DNA of 63,328 nt, the filler included, from Bonamia ostreae (lineage: Eukaryota): NCBI GenBank assembly GCA_040357525.1. It is 15 parts of 15 records of this genome, joined end to end, with 100 filler letters (N's around TTAATTAATTAA, not from the genome) between each part and the next. Parts side by side here need not be neighbours in the genome. Positions count along the whole stretch, not along the records: positions 46,670 to 50,765 come from JBDODL010000362.1; positions 50,866 to 54,961 come from JBDODL010000363.1; positions 55,062 to 59,150 come from JBDODL010000364.1; positions 59,251 to 63,328 come from JBDODL010000365.1; 11 more parts are not named here. The stretch is one strand, 5' to 3'. The notes under the pieces are model-generated. The model saw only the letters and a list, made by a program, of their open reading frames with translations. It had not been told where the DNA came from and did not search any database. Positions 49,846 through 62,786 of the stretch are shown here, one piece after another (the first letter of the stretch is position 1; every line of letters begins with the position of its first letter). The position numbers were made by a program, and so were the translations under genes.

Positions 49846-50494
49846 ATGTCCAAAAAATTAGGGGCACAATCGACAAAACTAGTCCTAGGGATCGACCCGC
49901 GAAACCTCTATTTCAGAAACATCATCGCGACCGTCAACGTCGGCTGCTACCTCGACACGCTCGACATCTCGCACCGGCTCAAAGACGCCAAGTACAACCC
50001 GACGGTTTTAAATTCCATCCGAATTTAAATTCCATCCGAATCAAAATTGAAAGAGGAAATACGCCATCTTCCGATCACCCGACTTCAAAACGACCGCCAC
50101 CGCCTACAAACGGGGCACCATCGTCTTGAACGGCATCAAGTCGCCGCAGAAGGGCGAGGTCGCGGCCAAAAGCATCGTCAAGTTCCTCCGAAACTTGGGA
50201 TACAACACGAACTGGGACCGGAACCTACAACTCCGCTGCTACCTCTGCAGCTACGACTTGGGGTCGCGCCTACTCATCGACGAAAACACCTTCGCCGACC
50301 AAAACCCGCACTTGGTGATGCAGAAAGGAGCTGAGAAGGTGAGAGCGATGGTGATCCGGTCGATAATGCCGAAGGTGAGTTTGATGATCTATCTCTCGGG
50401 GAAGATATTGATCTGGGGCAAGTCGCCGGAAGTGATCACGAAAGCGATCAACATGCACTTGGGGCCGTTGATTGAAATGAGAGAAGACGTTTAG
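49846..50494 (+). CDS. Highly divergent TATA-binding-protein family factor
   Basis: RNIIATVNVGCYLD..AKYNP, TTATAYKRGTIVLNGIKS, LRNLGY and PKVSLMIYLSGKILIWG. One intron at 50005-50053. Confidence 0.85.
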
Positions 50495-50523
50495 TGTCGA
50501 GATAATTAAATTTCAAAAGTCAT

Positions 50524-50692
50524 TTATAAATTTGCGCTGATCAATTTTTTGTCGGAAGGAGCCAGTTTGTCGAAGGCGCTGAATTGTGAGAGTAGGAACC
50601 TTTGGGCTTGAGCAGGCCATTTCTTGGCAAAGGAGGTGAATGTCGAGTCGGCTGATCTGCGGACACTTTTGTTGGCGTCGCGGAGCATTCCG
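50524..50692 (-). CDS. Last exon of a TOG/HEAT (CLASP-like) protein
   Basis: MLRDANKSVRRSADSTFTSFAKKWPAQA resembles the end of a CLASP TOG domain. Confidence 0.5.
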
Positions 50693-51233
50693 CTTTTTAT
50701 TAAAATTTTGCAGCCATTTTAACCGATTTATCAGAATAGACAAATAATTTTTGTTTTTGATAAGANNNNNNNNNNNNNNNNNNNNNNNNNNNNNNNNNNN
50801 NNNNNNNNNTTAATTAATTAANNNNNNNNNNNNNNNNNNNNNNNNNNNNNNNNNNNNNNNNNNNNAAAATTTAAGAAATTGATTAATTTTTTATTGTTAC
50901 AAAAGTTTTTTCTCGGATACTTCATGTTACGTTATAAAGAAAACTTGTTGTTGTATCATTGTGATCAAAAGCATTCTAGTTCAAAAAACTCACAAAAAGA
51001 TTAAATTTTCTTCCGTTATTTTTTCATTGCAAACAAGTTTTGTGATTTCAAAATTGGATTATTTTATTTATTTCCGTTTTTATTTTGCGAATTTTCATTT
51101 ATTTGAATTTATTGCGAATTTTTATTTCCGTTTTTTGGTGATAAAATTTTTCGAAAATATTAAAATAAAAAATATTGTCATTTTTTGAAATGAACTTGAT
51201 AAAAATTTTGAAATATTGTAAATTTACAAAAAT

Positions 51234-52190
51234 TTAATAAAAATTCAAATGTTTTGCCAAAGATTTGAATCCTACTTTATAGTCGACAACTTCATATCTT
51301 AAATCTCGCTCTAATAGCAATTCTCTGTCTTTAAAATTAAGTGATCGACATTTATATTTTGTTTCCTTTGCAAAAAGTGTGCTTTTTGGTCGACAACTTA
51401 ATCCTTTTGACAATCGATCATACATTTGCTCTTTTCTCGTCATTTTTTTATTTGCTGGTGTACGCGTTCTTAAATTATCGTAACAGTAAATATTTTTGAA
51501 TTGTAAAAATTTAATACTTTATTCGTTTGGTAACAATGAATCCAATTTTTACTTTTATTCGTTGTTAAATTTTGGTGACAAAACTTTGCAACAACAAGGA
51601 CTTTTTCCTTTTGAAATTTTTCACGTTTTTTAGCAGCGTCCGAAAGTCTTTCATAAATTTGTGGCATTGTTACACTTTTATTTGACTTACTTATTTATAA
51701 TTTTAAAACAACATGTTTAGACGATCTATTAAATCTTGATTCGGTGCTTTAGTCGAAGGAGAAAAACTTGAAATATCCACTTCGTAACATTTTTGTGTTT
51801 CACCTTTTAAATTCTTTTGATTTTTTTGGCTTCTTAAAATATTTTCCTCGTTTATTTTCTAATTTTTAAATTAATTCGATAACTTATTTAATTATCTTTT
51901 TAAAAATTGTTATTAAAAACATCATTTTTTTGAGCCACCCGCTCTAATCTTGTTTTAATGCTTTTAATTTTATCTAAAAGTTGTGATTCTTCTTCTAAAA
52001 AAGTTTTGTATCTTTCTTCTTGTAACAATAATTTTTTAGCGGCATCAAGATCTTGTTCCAACGTCAAAATTCTTTCTTTTATTCTGCTTTTTGTATTTTA
52101 TATCTTAAAAACTGTTCTATTTTTTCTGTTTCGATTTTATTTGACATTAAGTTTCGTCTTTTTGAAGTATTTTTTGTATATAACAAAGAA
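51234..52190 (-). CDS. Multi-exon basic coiled-coil hypothetical protein
   Basis: Several coding-like segments (IYERLSDAAKKREK; MYDRLSKG). Model uncertain. Confidence 0.4.
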
Positions 52191-52351
52191 ATGCTTATCT
52201 TTTTAAAGATAAAATTTTACCAAAAACGTAAAATTGTTTTGAAGATAAAATTTTTGTCAAAAACATAAAATTAGAAATGCTTTATTATGTGATGGCATCA
52301 AGATTTTTCTTAAAAAATTTCAATATACATTTACAATACCAACAATATCAT

Positions 52352-52922
52352 TCATAAGAAAATATAATTGACATTTGCTACAATTACCGCTCCAAGATAA
52401 ATCATAATCAAAAAGAAAGAACTGGATAAGTTCACTTCAAAAGTACTTTGTTTCTTAAGTTCTCTCAAAGGTATAAAAATATAAGTCAATATTCCAGATA
52501 ATATTATAGCAAAATTTAAACAGGTTGCCCAAGAAAAATATGTTGCTTTCAGATGTTCTGATAACTTGAATACCAAAATAATACTTGCTACCAGTAACAA
52601 TAATGTGATAACTCCCGAGATCATAAATAAAACAATTATTGTTATATTTCCAGATTTCAACTATTTTGAATTTAAAAACTTTTTGACAATTTTCAATCCA
52701 AAGACAAACTTTAGAATCGGTAGAAAAACTGTAAACTTTCTTATTATTTGTTATTTCTTCTGTATATCTGAATAATCCAAAAAATCCAGTCAAATTTCTA
52801 TCAAAATTTGTTACATATACAAATTTATCCGTTATTAAAGTAAAAATGATCACAATCAAAGAAAACGCAAATGTTACGCTGCCATTAATTAGTCTCAATA
52901 ATCGTATTATTTTTAAATCCAT
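52352..52922 (-). CDS. Multi-pass (tetraspan, claudin/PMP22-like) membrane protein
   Basis: TM1, then a loop with FFGLF...C.....C, then three further hydrophobic helices after a micro-intron. Confidence 0.5.
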
Positions 52923-53483
52923 TTCTTTAATATTTTTGTGGATGAGAAATTAAATTATTTGAACCAAATTTATAAAATTTTATTGTAAATATTTTATCAA
53001 AAACATTTTCAGCACTTTTTATAAATTTGCCATTTTTAGTTTTTCTATCCATTTATTTTCAACAAATTTTATCATTTTTATTATTTTGTTTTCTAAAACT
53101 TTTTTAATAATTATTTCAATATTTTGAACAATTTCAAACTGCAATAATTTTCTTCATTAAAATTATTTTTCTTAAAAAGCTGAAAAAAGAAAACAATGAC
53201 AAGGAAGCGACTTATCAGAACTCCTTCTAGAAAAGATGGAAACTGATTCCATGCGTTGCCAATTTTAATTAACAATACATAAAAATTCAATTTTTTATCA
53301 TTGTTTCATTAACGGGCGAAGGGTTGAGTGACCTTGGCCCAAAAAAATCAAAACAAAAATGATTTGGTGTAGACCAGATTTAGGCAACAACATTGCAATT
53401 TTAAATTTTTCGCCATTTTAGATTAGACTCGAGCTTTTAAAATCCTAAAACAAAAATTTACTTAAATAACAAAGCTTGTACCA

Positions 53484-54606
53484 ATGGTGGATATTTTTAA
53501 AAAAGAACATCAACCGACATTTTTCATTAAAAAGCAAAACACGACTAAAATCTTTCATCCAAAACCACGAGAAAATTCACTTCTTTTCAGATGTTCATAT
53601 TGTCCCAGAGCGTTCAATCTCAGCCATTCTCTTAAAATTCACACGTTATTACATTTTTTGATACATTTTTTCGCATTTAATTTTTTGTCACGTATCTTCA
53701 AATTGCCACATTTTTAGAAGGACCCACACGAAAGAAAAACCTTATATCTGTTCTTATTGCTCAAAAGCCTTTAGCGACAGGACAAATTTAATAGTTCACA
53801 TTCGCCGCAAACATGAATTAACCGACAGACCTTATCCCTGTGATATCTGCCCAAAAAAATTCTGTGAAAGCTCTTCACTGAAAAGACACAGGTTAATACA
53901 CTTCAAGTTTCGAAAATATCTCTGTAAAATCTGTGGACAAAAATTAGTCAATAAATGCGGCGTGAAAATGCATTTGCAAACGAGAAAGCACATTGAAAAT
54001 TTTCTTGCGAAGATTGAAGAAAAATTGATGACCAATAACAAGTACAAAAGTCTGAACAAGCTAAAATATTTCAAAGAAGAAATTGACAATGTTATTAAAC
54101 AAGAATGCATCGGTACAAAGTACTTCGCGAAAAAAATAAATTTGGAACAACAGAAAAACGCCATTTTGGCGAGACTGAACGATTTCAATGTCATCTTTTC
54201 CAACGAAAACGGAAACGGAATAATCTGCCGAATCGACAAAGGAAAAGAAGAAATGGAGTACTTTTCGAGAAATTGTTTGATACGCAACGGAAGAAATCGC
54301 TTTTCGAGCGAAGAAAAAGACATTTTTACAAATCACTCGAATTTCGATAAATGGAATGTTGGAGCGAATGGAAATGTTATAAGAGGCATTCAATGGGTAA
54401 AGACGAAAAGGAACGAGGACATTTGTGAAAATAGCAAAATGACAGATTCTTCGGTTGAGGATGCGAAAATAGCAAAATGGAATATTAAAGAAGAGAACGT
54501 CATTGTTGACGAAGAGCCACCAATTGTTGTATTAGTGAAAAGACTTAAAAAGTTGTTTACAGTGGAAAATTTGGTTAGATTTGAAAAGTTTGGGGTTATT
54601 GAATGA
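53484..54606 (+). CDS. C2H2 zinc-finger transcription factor (4 fingers)
   Basis: CSYC..H, HTKEKPYICSYC, CDIC..HRLIH and CKIC..HLQTRKH. Confidence 0.88.
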
Positions 54607-55485
54607 TTTCAGACATTAAATTATTGTAAAATTACCATTAAATTTTTTAGCTTAAAATTAACAAAAAAGAATTGATCGATTTTTGACTTATTATCTATTT
54701 ATTAACAATCTATTGTTATTATGATTAATTCAATGATTCAAATTTTATTATTTTTAATCATTTTTTCCGTCGCTCAATTTGTTATAATCAATAAAGATTT
54801 ATAATCAATAAATTTTTAGAAGATATGTCGTTTTAGAATTTTAAAAAATTCTAGATAATATTTATCTCGCGTTTTAGATAAACCAAAAAATATATCGTCC
54901 ATAAATTAAAACACTAAATAAAATTTAAAACTTGACCAAAAAAAACTAAATCAAAATACCANNNNNNNNNNNNNNNNNNNNNNNNNNNNNNNNNNNNNNN
55001 NNNNNTTAATTAATTAANNNNNNNNNNNNNNNNNNNNNNNNNNNNNNNNNNNNNNNNNNNNGGAGAGATTAAATCTTTATTGACTAAAAATGGCCAATTA
55101 GTAATAAAATTTACAAACGAACACTTTGTTAATTTAAATTTATTGAATTCTTCGCTTCGTCGACGATGATTCGGAAGGCTTCTTTAAAGAAGATTCCTTT
55201 AAAAATTAAAAAACAGAAAAACTTTTCAATATTTTTTAGGTGAACTAAATTTTTTCTATTCTTTTTAATAAAATTGTTATTTTTATTTCCTTTTATCGCC
55301 TTATTTTTCTTCTATTATTATTATATTTTTTATCTTTATTTTTAATGTTAAGTCAATTTTTTCAAAATTCAAAATTCCTTTTTATAAAATTTTGTTTACT
55401 AAAATTTTTTTATCTCTTAATCATTTTTTAATCAAAACGAAAAAAATTCATACAAGAATGCGCTCACTTGTTTATACAAAAAATG

Positions 55486-56195
55486 TTAAAAAGATTTAAT
55501 CGCATCTTGAAATTTTTTGAATTCGTCTAATATCTTCGAAGCATAAAATCTTATTCGATTGAGTTCCATACAAGAAATATTGTTGACGGCGATAAAAGTA
55601 GTGCTGTGATCGACCGCTTTCAAACCAAGACGAATCTTCTCTTCGCGAGTTTCTTCTATAGATTTGATCAAACTGCGCACTTTTTCTGCATTTTCAATGT
55701 CGTCTTGAGCGCTTTTTGGAAGGAGATGTAACATTAAATTTTCGGTGTCAATAAGATTTTGCAAACTTTTGGAATAAGATTTTGGTTATTTCGATATAAT
55801 GCCAATGTATTTCGGCAAATTCACTCGTTTTTTCTCTTTCGGATTGCAGCTTTTCGACGAGCAATTTTTCTGAAAACCAATTTGGTGCGATAATTCGACA
55901 TTTTTGTTGTTTCTTCAATTTCATTCCGAGCCACAACGGCACTTCGGTTGGGACATTTACCCTGAACGGGCCATATTCATTCTTTTTTTTAAATTTTGTT
56001 TCAATATTATTGTTTTCGTCAAATTTTTGTGTTTTGGTTAAAATCTTGTCGAATTAGTCAAAAATTGTTATGAACCGATATAAAATCGAGTTTGTCGCCA
56101 TTAAATAATGGTATGATCATGATTGGCGTGTCCCCTGCAAAGAATTCAATCTCTTTTACTGTAAACTGCTCTTCTTCAACTTTATTTCTATTCAT
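55486..56195 (-). CDS. GINS2: GINS complex subunit Psf2
   Basis: EIEFFA, YGPF..EVPLWLG..LKKQQKCRIIAPNW, REEKIRLGL and NNISCMELNRIR. Confidence 0.93.
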
Positions 56196-56479
56196 TTTAA
56201 AGCTCAAACCTTAAAATTGATTAGAAAAATCAATAAAATTGTTAAAGCTCATTCTAAAAAGCCGCTCATATTTGTGTAAAAAAAGTGCAAAACAGAAAGT
56301 TGAGTTTGTGTAATAAAAATGTTTTTAAAAATGTTTTTTGCAAATGTTTTACAAATTTTTATAAAAATCGGTTGACGAAAAAATTTTTTGTACTAAAACG
56401 AACTTTTTTAACCGATTTTGTTTTATTGAAAATATCTCAAAATCTCGTCAAAAATCAAAATGAATGTAAAAAATTATAT

Positions 56480-57193
56480 TTAATCGCTCGCTTCCTTTGA
56501 CTTTCTGGCAATTTCTAAAACAACAAAACTGCTTTCGTTGTTTTCCGCAATAAAATGATCTTTTTTCAAAACAAGACCCAATTTGTCGATGCAATTTATC
56601 AGTTTAATGTTCTTCGAAAGACTTTTAACAAATTTAATTTATAAATTGAATTTTAACAAAATTAACCTTCTTATTTGATAAACAGAGTAAAAAATGGAGT
56701 TTGGGCAAATTTCCAGAATTGCCGAAATGGTCGAAAGGATATTGTTAAAATCTTTCGAAGAAAAGAAAACGTCCGAACCCAAAATCGCAACGTTCCGATC
56801 AAATTTATCCAAAGCGCCGATAAAAGCGCTGTTCCAATCCAAAACATCCATTTTGGCGTCGACGCGATTTATTTTACTATCGATTGATAAAATCTACCAA
56901 TTATTTAAAGCTGTTTTGTACACCATTTTTTCGTGTTTATATTCGATGTCGGTTAAAACTACGGAACAGCCGATTTTGCTGCACAAAATGCCGGGCAACG
57001 CAGCGCCAGCGCCGATTTCCAGAACGATTTTATCAACGAACAAATTTTTGTTGTCGATAATAAAATCAGCCATTATCAGCGCGCTTTGCCAGGTGCAGCA
57101 ACCATAGTCAATCTCAGTTTGCTAAATTTTATTAACGGCAACATCAACTAACGCAATGTCTATACTGCCAAACTTATATTTACGGGAAGACAT
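56480..57193 (-). CDS. Methyltransferase family 16 (METTL23-like)
   Basis: YGCCTWQSAL, VLEIGAGAALPGI, LDW and ILGSDVFF. Confidence 0.85.
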
Positions 57194-57307
57194 TTTTATC
57201 ATAAGCTATTTCGATTATATTCAATGTCGTTAACAAAATTTTCTAAAGCTTACTGTTTTGGTCTTATTAGCAAAATCAGATACTTTTTTGCAAGGACGAA
57301 AATTATT

Positions 57308-59150
57308 ATGGCGACTTTTATTTCTACTAACATGAAGAGAGTGAAAGATTTTACTCTTTCGAAAATGCCTTCGCCGATTGCGGGAAACGATTATAATTCT
57401 GCGGGAATTTCCATTTTAGTTAGTTCGTTGTTGGACAACGATCCGCGGTTTTTATCGACATTATTTGAGCTATTTTTATTTTAGGACTTTTACAAACTCG
57501 ATTTTTATTTTACGTTTCCGAATGTTCTTTAACAACTGATCGATCTTAATTTTTTTAGAGACAACCTTTTCATATTCAAAATCTTTAGTGAACGCCATAA
57601 AATTAAAGCTTCAAGTCAAATAATTATATGAGAATATCCATATATTCTGTAGTTTCTTAAAATCAAAATGTTGTTTCTTGTAATCATATTCCAACACTAA
57701 AAATTTCAAATTTGATAATTTCCAAATAAGAGCTTTAAAATTAAAATCTTTCATTTTTTGAGAATAAAAATGTCGAATTTAATCAAATTTACAATAACTG
57801 ACAGGACAAAAGAAGCGTCTCTGGACGTTATTATCAACGTCCTTTCAAGAGAAGATGACAATCCGAACAATATCAACAAAAAACAACTAACGCCACATTT
57901 AGACGATCTCGTCACAAACATTTCCGCTCTAATTTTAGAAATCGACTTAAACGACGACAAAAACTCCCTCAACACCAAAATCCTCTCTTTGATCGCTCTC
58001 TTGTTTAAAGAAAGTGACTTCATTGGAAAGCAAAACCGCGATTCGTTGGTTTCCGGGCTCAAAAAAGCCAAAACAAAAATAATCAAATTATCTTTTAAAC
58101 CGGATTACAATCTATGTTTAAATTAGTCCAAAATAAATTTAATCGAAAATAAATTAGTTGAAAATAAATTTAGTCCAAAATAAATTTAGCCGAAAATAAA
58201 ATTAATCGAAAATGTCCAAAATAAATTTAGTCGAAAATAAAATTAGTCGAAAATAAAATTAGTTGAAAATAAAATTATTTAAAATCGATCATAAAATTGA
58301 TCAAAAATATAAAAAAGTGCACTCTTCTCTCATAATTTTCAAAAACATGCTTCTCTACGGCGGAGAAAATTTCGACAACAACATCTCTTTGCTCATCTTA
58401 TACAACGCGATCATCCCAAAATACTTTCTGCTATTCACTTCAGCAAAAATGATCAACAAAGACGGCCACAAAACTGTCTACGGAGACGAAGCAGAAAGAC
58501 AAAACATCAAATCGCAAACAGTTCTCTGCATCAGTCTCTTGGCCAGAATTCCCCAAATTGAACAATATTTATTAAAACTGTTTCCAAAAGGAATTGAAAA
58601 CTTCATCGAAACCGTTTTAGATGAAAATCAAATTGACGAAAAAACGAAAATTGATCCAAAAAATAACGGAAAAACGACAACTTTTCCAAAAGATATTTCC
58701 GCTCCAAACATTGAAACAGCTTTAAAATGGAGTTATTTTTTGGGATCAGTTTTCAGCAAAAACTTTATTTCGCCAAAATTCGTTTGGGACGAAACGTCAA
58801 GAACAGATTTGGACAACTTTTTGGAAACAGAATTGGAAAATCTCGTTTTGAAGAGAAATTTGAACAAAGATGCGATTTACAATTGGAAAAGCGCAGAACC
58901 GAATTTCGAAAACGATCGCACAAAAGTTTTGTTCGGCGATTTTTATCTCGTTCCTTTGTTGGACAAAGCCGACTTTGATCATGTTGGACTGAGTAAACAG
59001 ATGGAGTTCATGGAAGATTTGATCGTCGAAGTAGCTGTTTCGAAGAATGTGAAAGAGATTTTTGTCAAAGCGATTTTGTTCGTTTATGAAAAAATTGAAA
59101 ATGTTTTTATTAATTGATATTGAAACTCTACTTTATTGTCGGAACAAGTA
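57308..59150 (+). CDS. RME-8/DNAJC13-like protein (3' truncated)
   Basis: WSYFL..NFISPKFVWDETSRTDLDNFLETEL..W...LFGDFYLVPLL resembles an RME-8 IWN-repeat region. Confidence 0.6.
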
Positions 59151-59388
59151 NNNNNNNNNNNNNNNNNNNNNNNNNNNNNNNNNNNNNNNNNNNNTTAATT
59201 AATTAANNNNNNNNNNNNNNNNNNNNNNNNNNNNNNNNNNNNNNNNNNNNATCAAAATAAAATTTTTTTTAAATTAAAATCGGTAAAGATCTTTAGCGAT
59301 TGAAGCAACAGAAAAACGTTGACAATTTTTATTTTTACAAAAAATTGCAAATATTTTAAAAAACAATATTACGTTTGTGTAAAAAATT

Positions 59389-60451
59389 CTACAAGTCGCA
59401 TTTATTTTTCTCGTCAATCAACTCCTTTTCTGATTCTTTAAGTTCTCGCTTAATTCTTTCATTCGATTTTATTTTATCGTCAAACAACCATTCACCGTTA
59501 TCAGCAACAACCGGAAACGAATAAAAAATCCCGTCAGCAATTTGAAATGGATTTCCGTCGCTATAAACAGCCATGCAAAAACAGTTTTTTCCCGGCGAAA
59601 ACCATTTTCGCATGTGATCGTTTATTGCTTTTGCCGCACTCATTGCAGATGACAGTCCCCTCTTCTCAATAACGCGGGCCCCTCTTTGCCGAATGGTCTC
59701 TGACAATTCATTTTTCGTCATTTGTAGCTTTTCAAGCAGCGTTGCTTCGTCGACTTTTTTGCCGTAAATTACCAAATCGTCGCAATCTATCGTTCTTCGT
59801 TATTTTTGTGAGTTTAATGAAACAATGTCGTCGAATGATTGCCCCAAATGTTTATGCCAGAAACAGACGTGTTTTCGCAATTGAATTTATTTGCGATCAG
59901 TCCTTTCAGTCTGTTCGAATCTAAAAACGACAAAGCGGTAATATTTTTAGGCGGAAGTTTTGACGATTTGAGCAAAACGAGAGCGTTCGTGTTAGCTGGA
60001 TTTGCGACAACGAGGATTTTGGCGTTTGGACTGGAATATTTTGAAATCGCCTCTCCGGTTTCTTTGAAAATCGGCGCGTTTAAAGAGATAAGATCTTTTC
60101 TAAGCATTCCCTTTTTGCGGGGATAACCGCCGAGCAAAATGACGCCATCCGCGTCCATAAACGCGTCTTTGTAGGACGTCGCAATTTTTAATGTCGTGAT
60201 ATTGGGACAACACATATCTTGGATCTCCATCCTCAGACTTTCCAGTCTGTCAGCCATTTGAGGTATGTCGAACAAAACCAAATTGATCGATTTGTCCTTC
60301 CCGAACATTTGGCCTTCTGTCACCTTTAAGAATGGAACGATGTTATGACGAATGGCAAAGAAAGTTTAAGAACATAAGGAATTAGAGAATATGCGATTTG
60401 TCCAGCGGCGCCCGAGATTGTCAAACAGAAATCTCTTTTCGCGTTTAGCAT
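59389..60451 (-). CDS. MDH1: Cytosolic-type malate dehydrogenase
   Basis: SGAAGQIAYSL, GGYPRKKGMLRKDL, VVANPANTN, IWGNHSTT, RGLSSAMSAA and YSFPV. Confidence 0.95.
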
Positions 60452-61195
60452 TTTATTTATGAGCAGTTAAACCCGAATTACGTTTTATTTGTTTTCGCTA
60501 ACTTTGCGAAATTGAAGAAATAATAGAAATAATATTAAATAGTCGAAATCCATTTCGCAAAATTTTGCGCAAAAATTTTTGGTTTTCTTTTTAAAAATTT
60601 TTGCGATAAAAATTGGCGAAATAATATTAAATAGTCGAAATCCATTTCGCAAAATTTTGCGCAAAAATTTTTNNNNNNNNNNNNNNNNNNNNNNNNNNNN
60701 NNNNNNNNNNNNNNNNNNNNNNNNNNNNNNNNNNNNNNNNNNNNNNNNNNNNNNNNNNNNNNNNNNNNNNNNGGTTTTCTTTTTAAAAATTTTTGCGATG
60801 AATAGTTTAAAAATAAGATATCAGAAACATTTGTTTAAAAATAAGATATCTTATTTGACAAAAAAGTGGAATAATTTGTTTATTGTAACAATGAAAAATC
60901 AAATTCGAAATATTAAATTTTGGAACGCGTTTTATAACGAAATTTAAAATGTCTATTTTTGTTTTTGACAAGTTTAATGGATTCGAATAACAATCAATTT
61001 GCAATTTATTTTTACAAATGTCGAAATGGATTTGGAAAGCGTGAATATCAAACAATAACAATAAACAAAATTCCTTCCTTTAATACAATCTTCGAGTTTG
61101 AAAATTTATCAATATTCAATTTTAAAAAATTTGTAAATTATCAATTTGGATTTTAAGTTTAAAAATTTGATTTTATAAAAAATTAATTTAAAAAT

Positions 61196-62753
61196 TTAAT
61201 TTTTCAGCATTTTTGCAAAATTTTCAATCATCTTTTTAACAGAAATATCTTTCGTTTTTTCAAAGTTTTTCAATAATGAAATATCAATAACATTTTTGTG
61301 GTACATTTTCAACATTTTCAAATCTTCTTGCAATCCGTTTCCGATCAAAATGCTTTCACTTAAAATTTACAAAGTTTTAAAATGATAAAAATCGAAATGT
61401 TTTCAGCAATTTTAATAAAACTTTGAAACAATATTTAAAAGTTTGTTCTGTACTTTTTTCAGAGAGAGATCATTTTTATCGGAAAAACAAAATTCAATGT
61501 CTAAAAGCAAATTAACATCGCACAATAACAGTCTTTTTTCGCTATTTTTGGAGATGCATTTTATTGCGAAAATTGTTTTCTCTTTTTTATTTTTGTTACA
61601 AAACTTTGTGTGCAAGGAAATTGTGTCCAATCAGTTTCCAGATCCAACATAAATTTTTGGGGATAGCCATTTTTTATCATTTGCTCTTCTGTCATCAAAT
61701 ATTTTTTTGCTTTGTCAAAATCAATTAATTCGACATTTTTGTTCGAATTTAATTCTGATTTATCTTTCGCAATTTTTTCGCTCTTTTTAAACAAAAATGT
61801 CGAAAAAATTTTCACAAAAAATAATTTGGCCACAATTTAAGTTATAACGATTAAATTGCGTAAAATTTTGCGCCATTTAAATTTGTCGTTATTAAACAGG
61901 CGACGCTTCGTTTTCGAAGATTTAAGTTTTAGCATTTTAACCATTAAAACAAACAATTTTTATTTACTGTAAAATTTTTCCATTTTTAAATTTGATAAAA
62001 ATGAATATATTATCAAGAGCTTTTGAATATTAGACGATGTGCATATAATAAAATGATAAACTTTCTCCGAAACGCTTTTGATCAACCATTCTATGGATTT
62101 TCTTCTCTTGAGTTCAACAAGCGTAGATATGCAAAATTGTTTATAAGCGTTTGGAGAATTGCTTTTAGAGGCGATCGATTTTTCTACTTGTTTCACAACA
62201 TTTAGAACATCCGCGTTTTTGTCCTGAAACATTGTCGAACAAACGCTGAACAATTTTTCCGCAAATCTCTTCAATAAATTATAGTCAGCTAAAATAAATA
62301 ATCTTGAAATTTTCCGTCTTTTTTAAAATTTAGCCAAAAATAGACTTGTCGGTATTTTTGAGGAGCTTTGTGTTCATGGCCGGGAATGCGTTTGATCGTA
62401 ATCGATTTATTGACTAAAAATGCTTTTTCGCTGTCCGCAGATTTTGTGGCTTTTTTTAAAATTTTTTTCGCGCGAATTGGCTTTTTAAATGGCGTTTTTT
62501 TAGTTGACTTATCGTCGTCTACCGATTCGTCTTTGGTTAAATCGATGTTGTCGCAAACGTCGATTTTTATTTTCTCCGATTTTTCGACTAATTTGTTTGT
62601 ACTTTGTCTAAAATTGTAATTTCCAAAATTTTTGGTTCGATCGACCGGACGGTAATCAAAGAAATCGCTGTAATGACGCAAAAGAGTCGTTTTCCAAACT
62701 GACTGTTTTTTGGTCGAATTTTGTGATTTCTGATTACTTTCCGATAACGACAT
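61196..62753 (-). CDS. REXO1-like protein with degenerate DEDDh exonuclease domain
   Basis: VEKSIASKSNSPNAY, YLMTEEQMIKNGYP, IFAIKC and ILIGNGLQEDLKMLKMYHKNVIDIS. Confidence 0.7.
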
Positions 62754-62786
62754 TTTGTAAATTTAGTACTTTTATATAATTTCCGA

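Noticed and set aside
4188-59250. Regularly spaced TTAATTAATTAA palindromes every ~4.2 kb as a biological repeat or array
   Set aside because: They are always centred in N padding, encode stops in all frames, and separate size-sorted contigs, so they are concatenation linkers. Gene neighbourhoods across them are meaningless.
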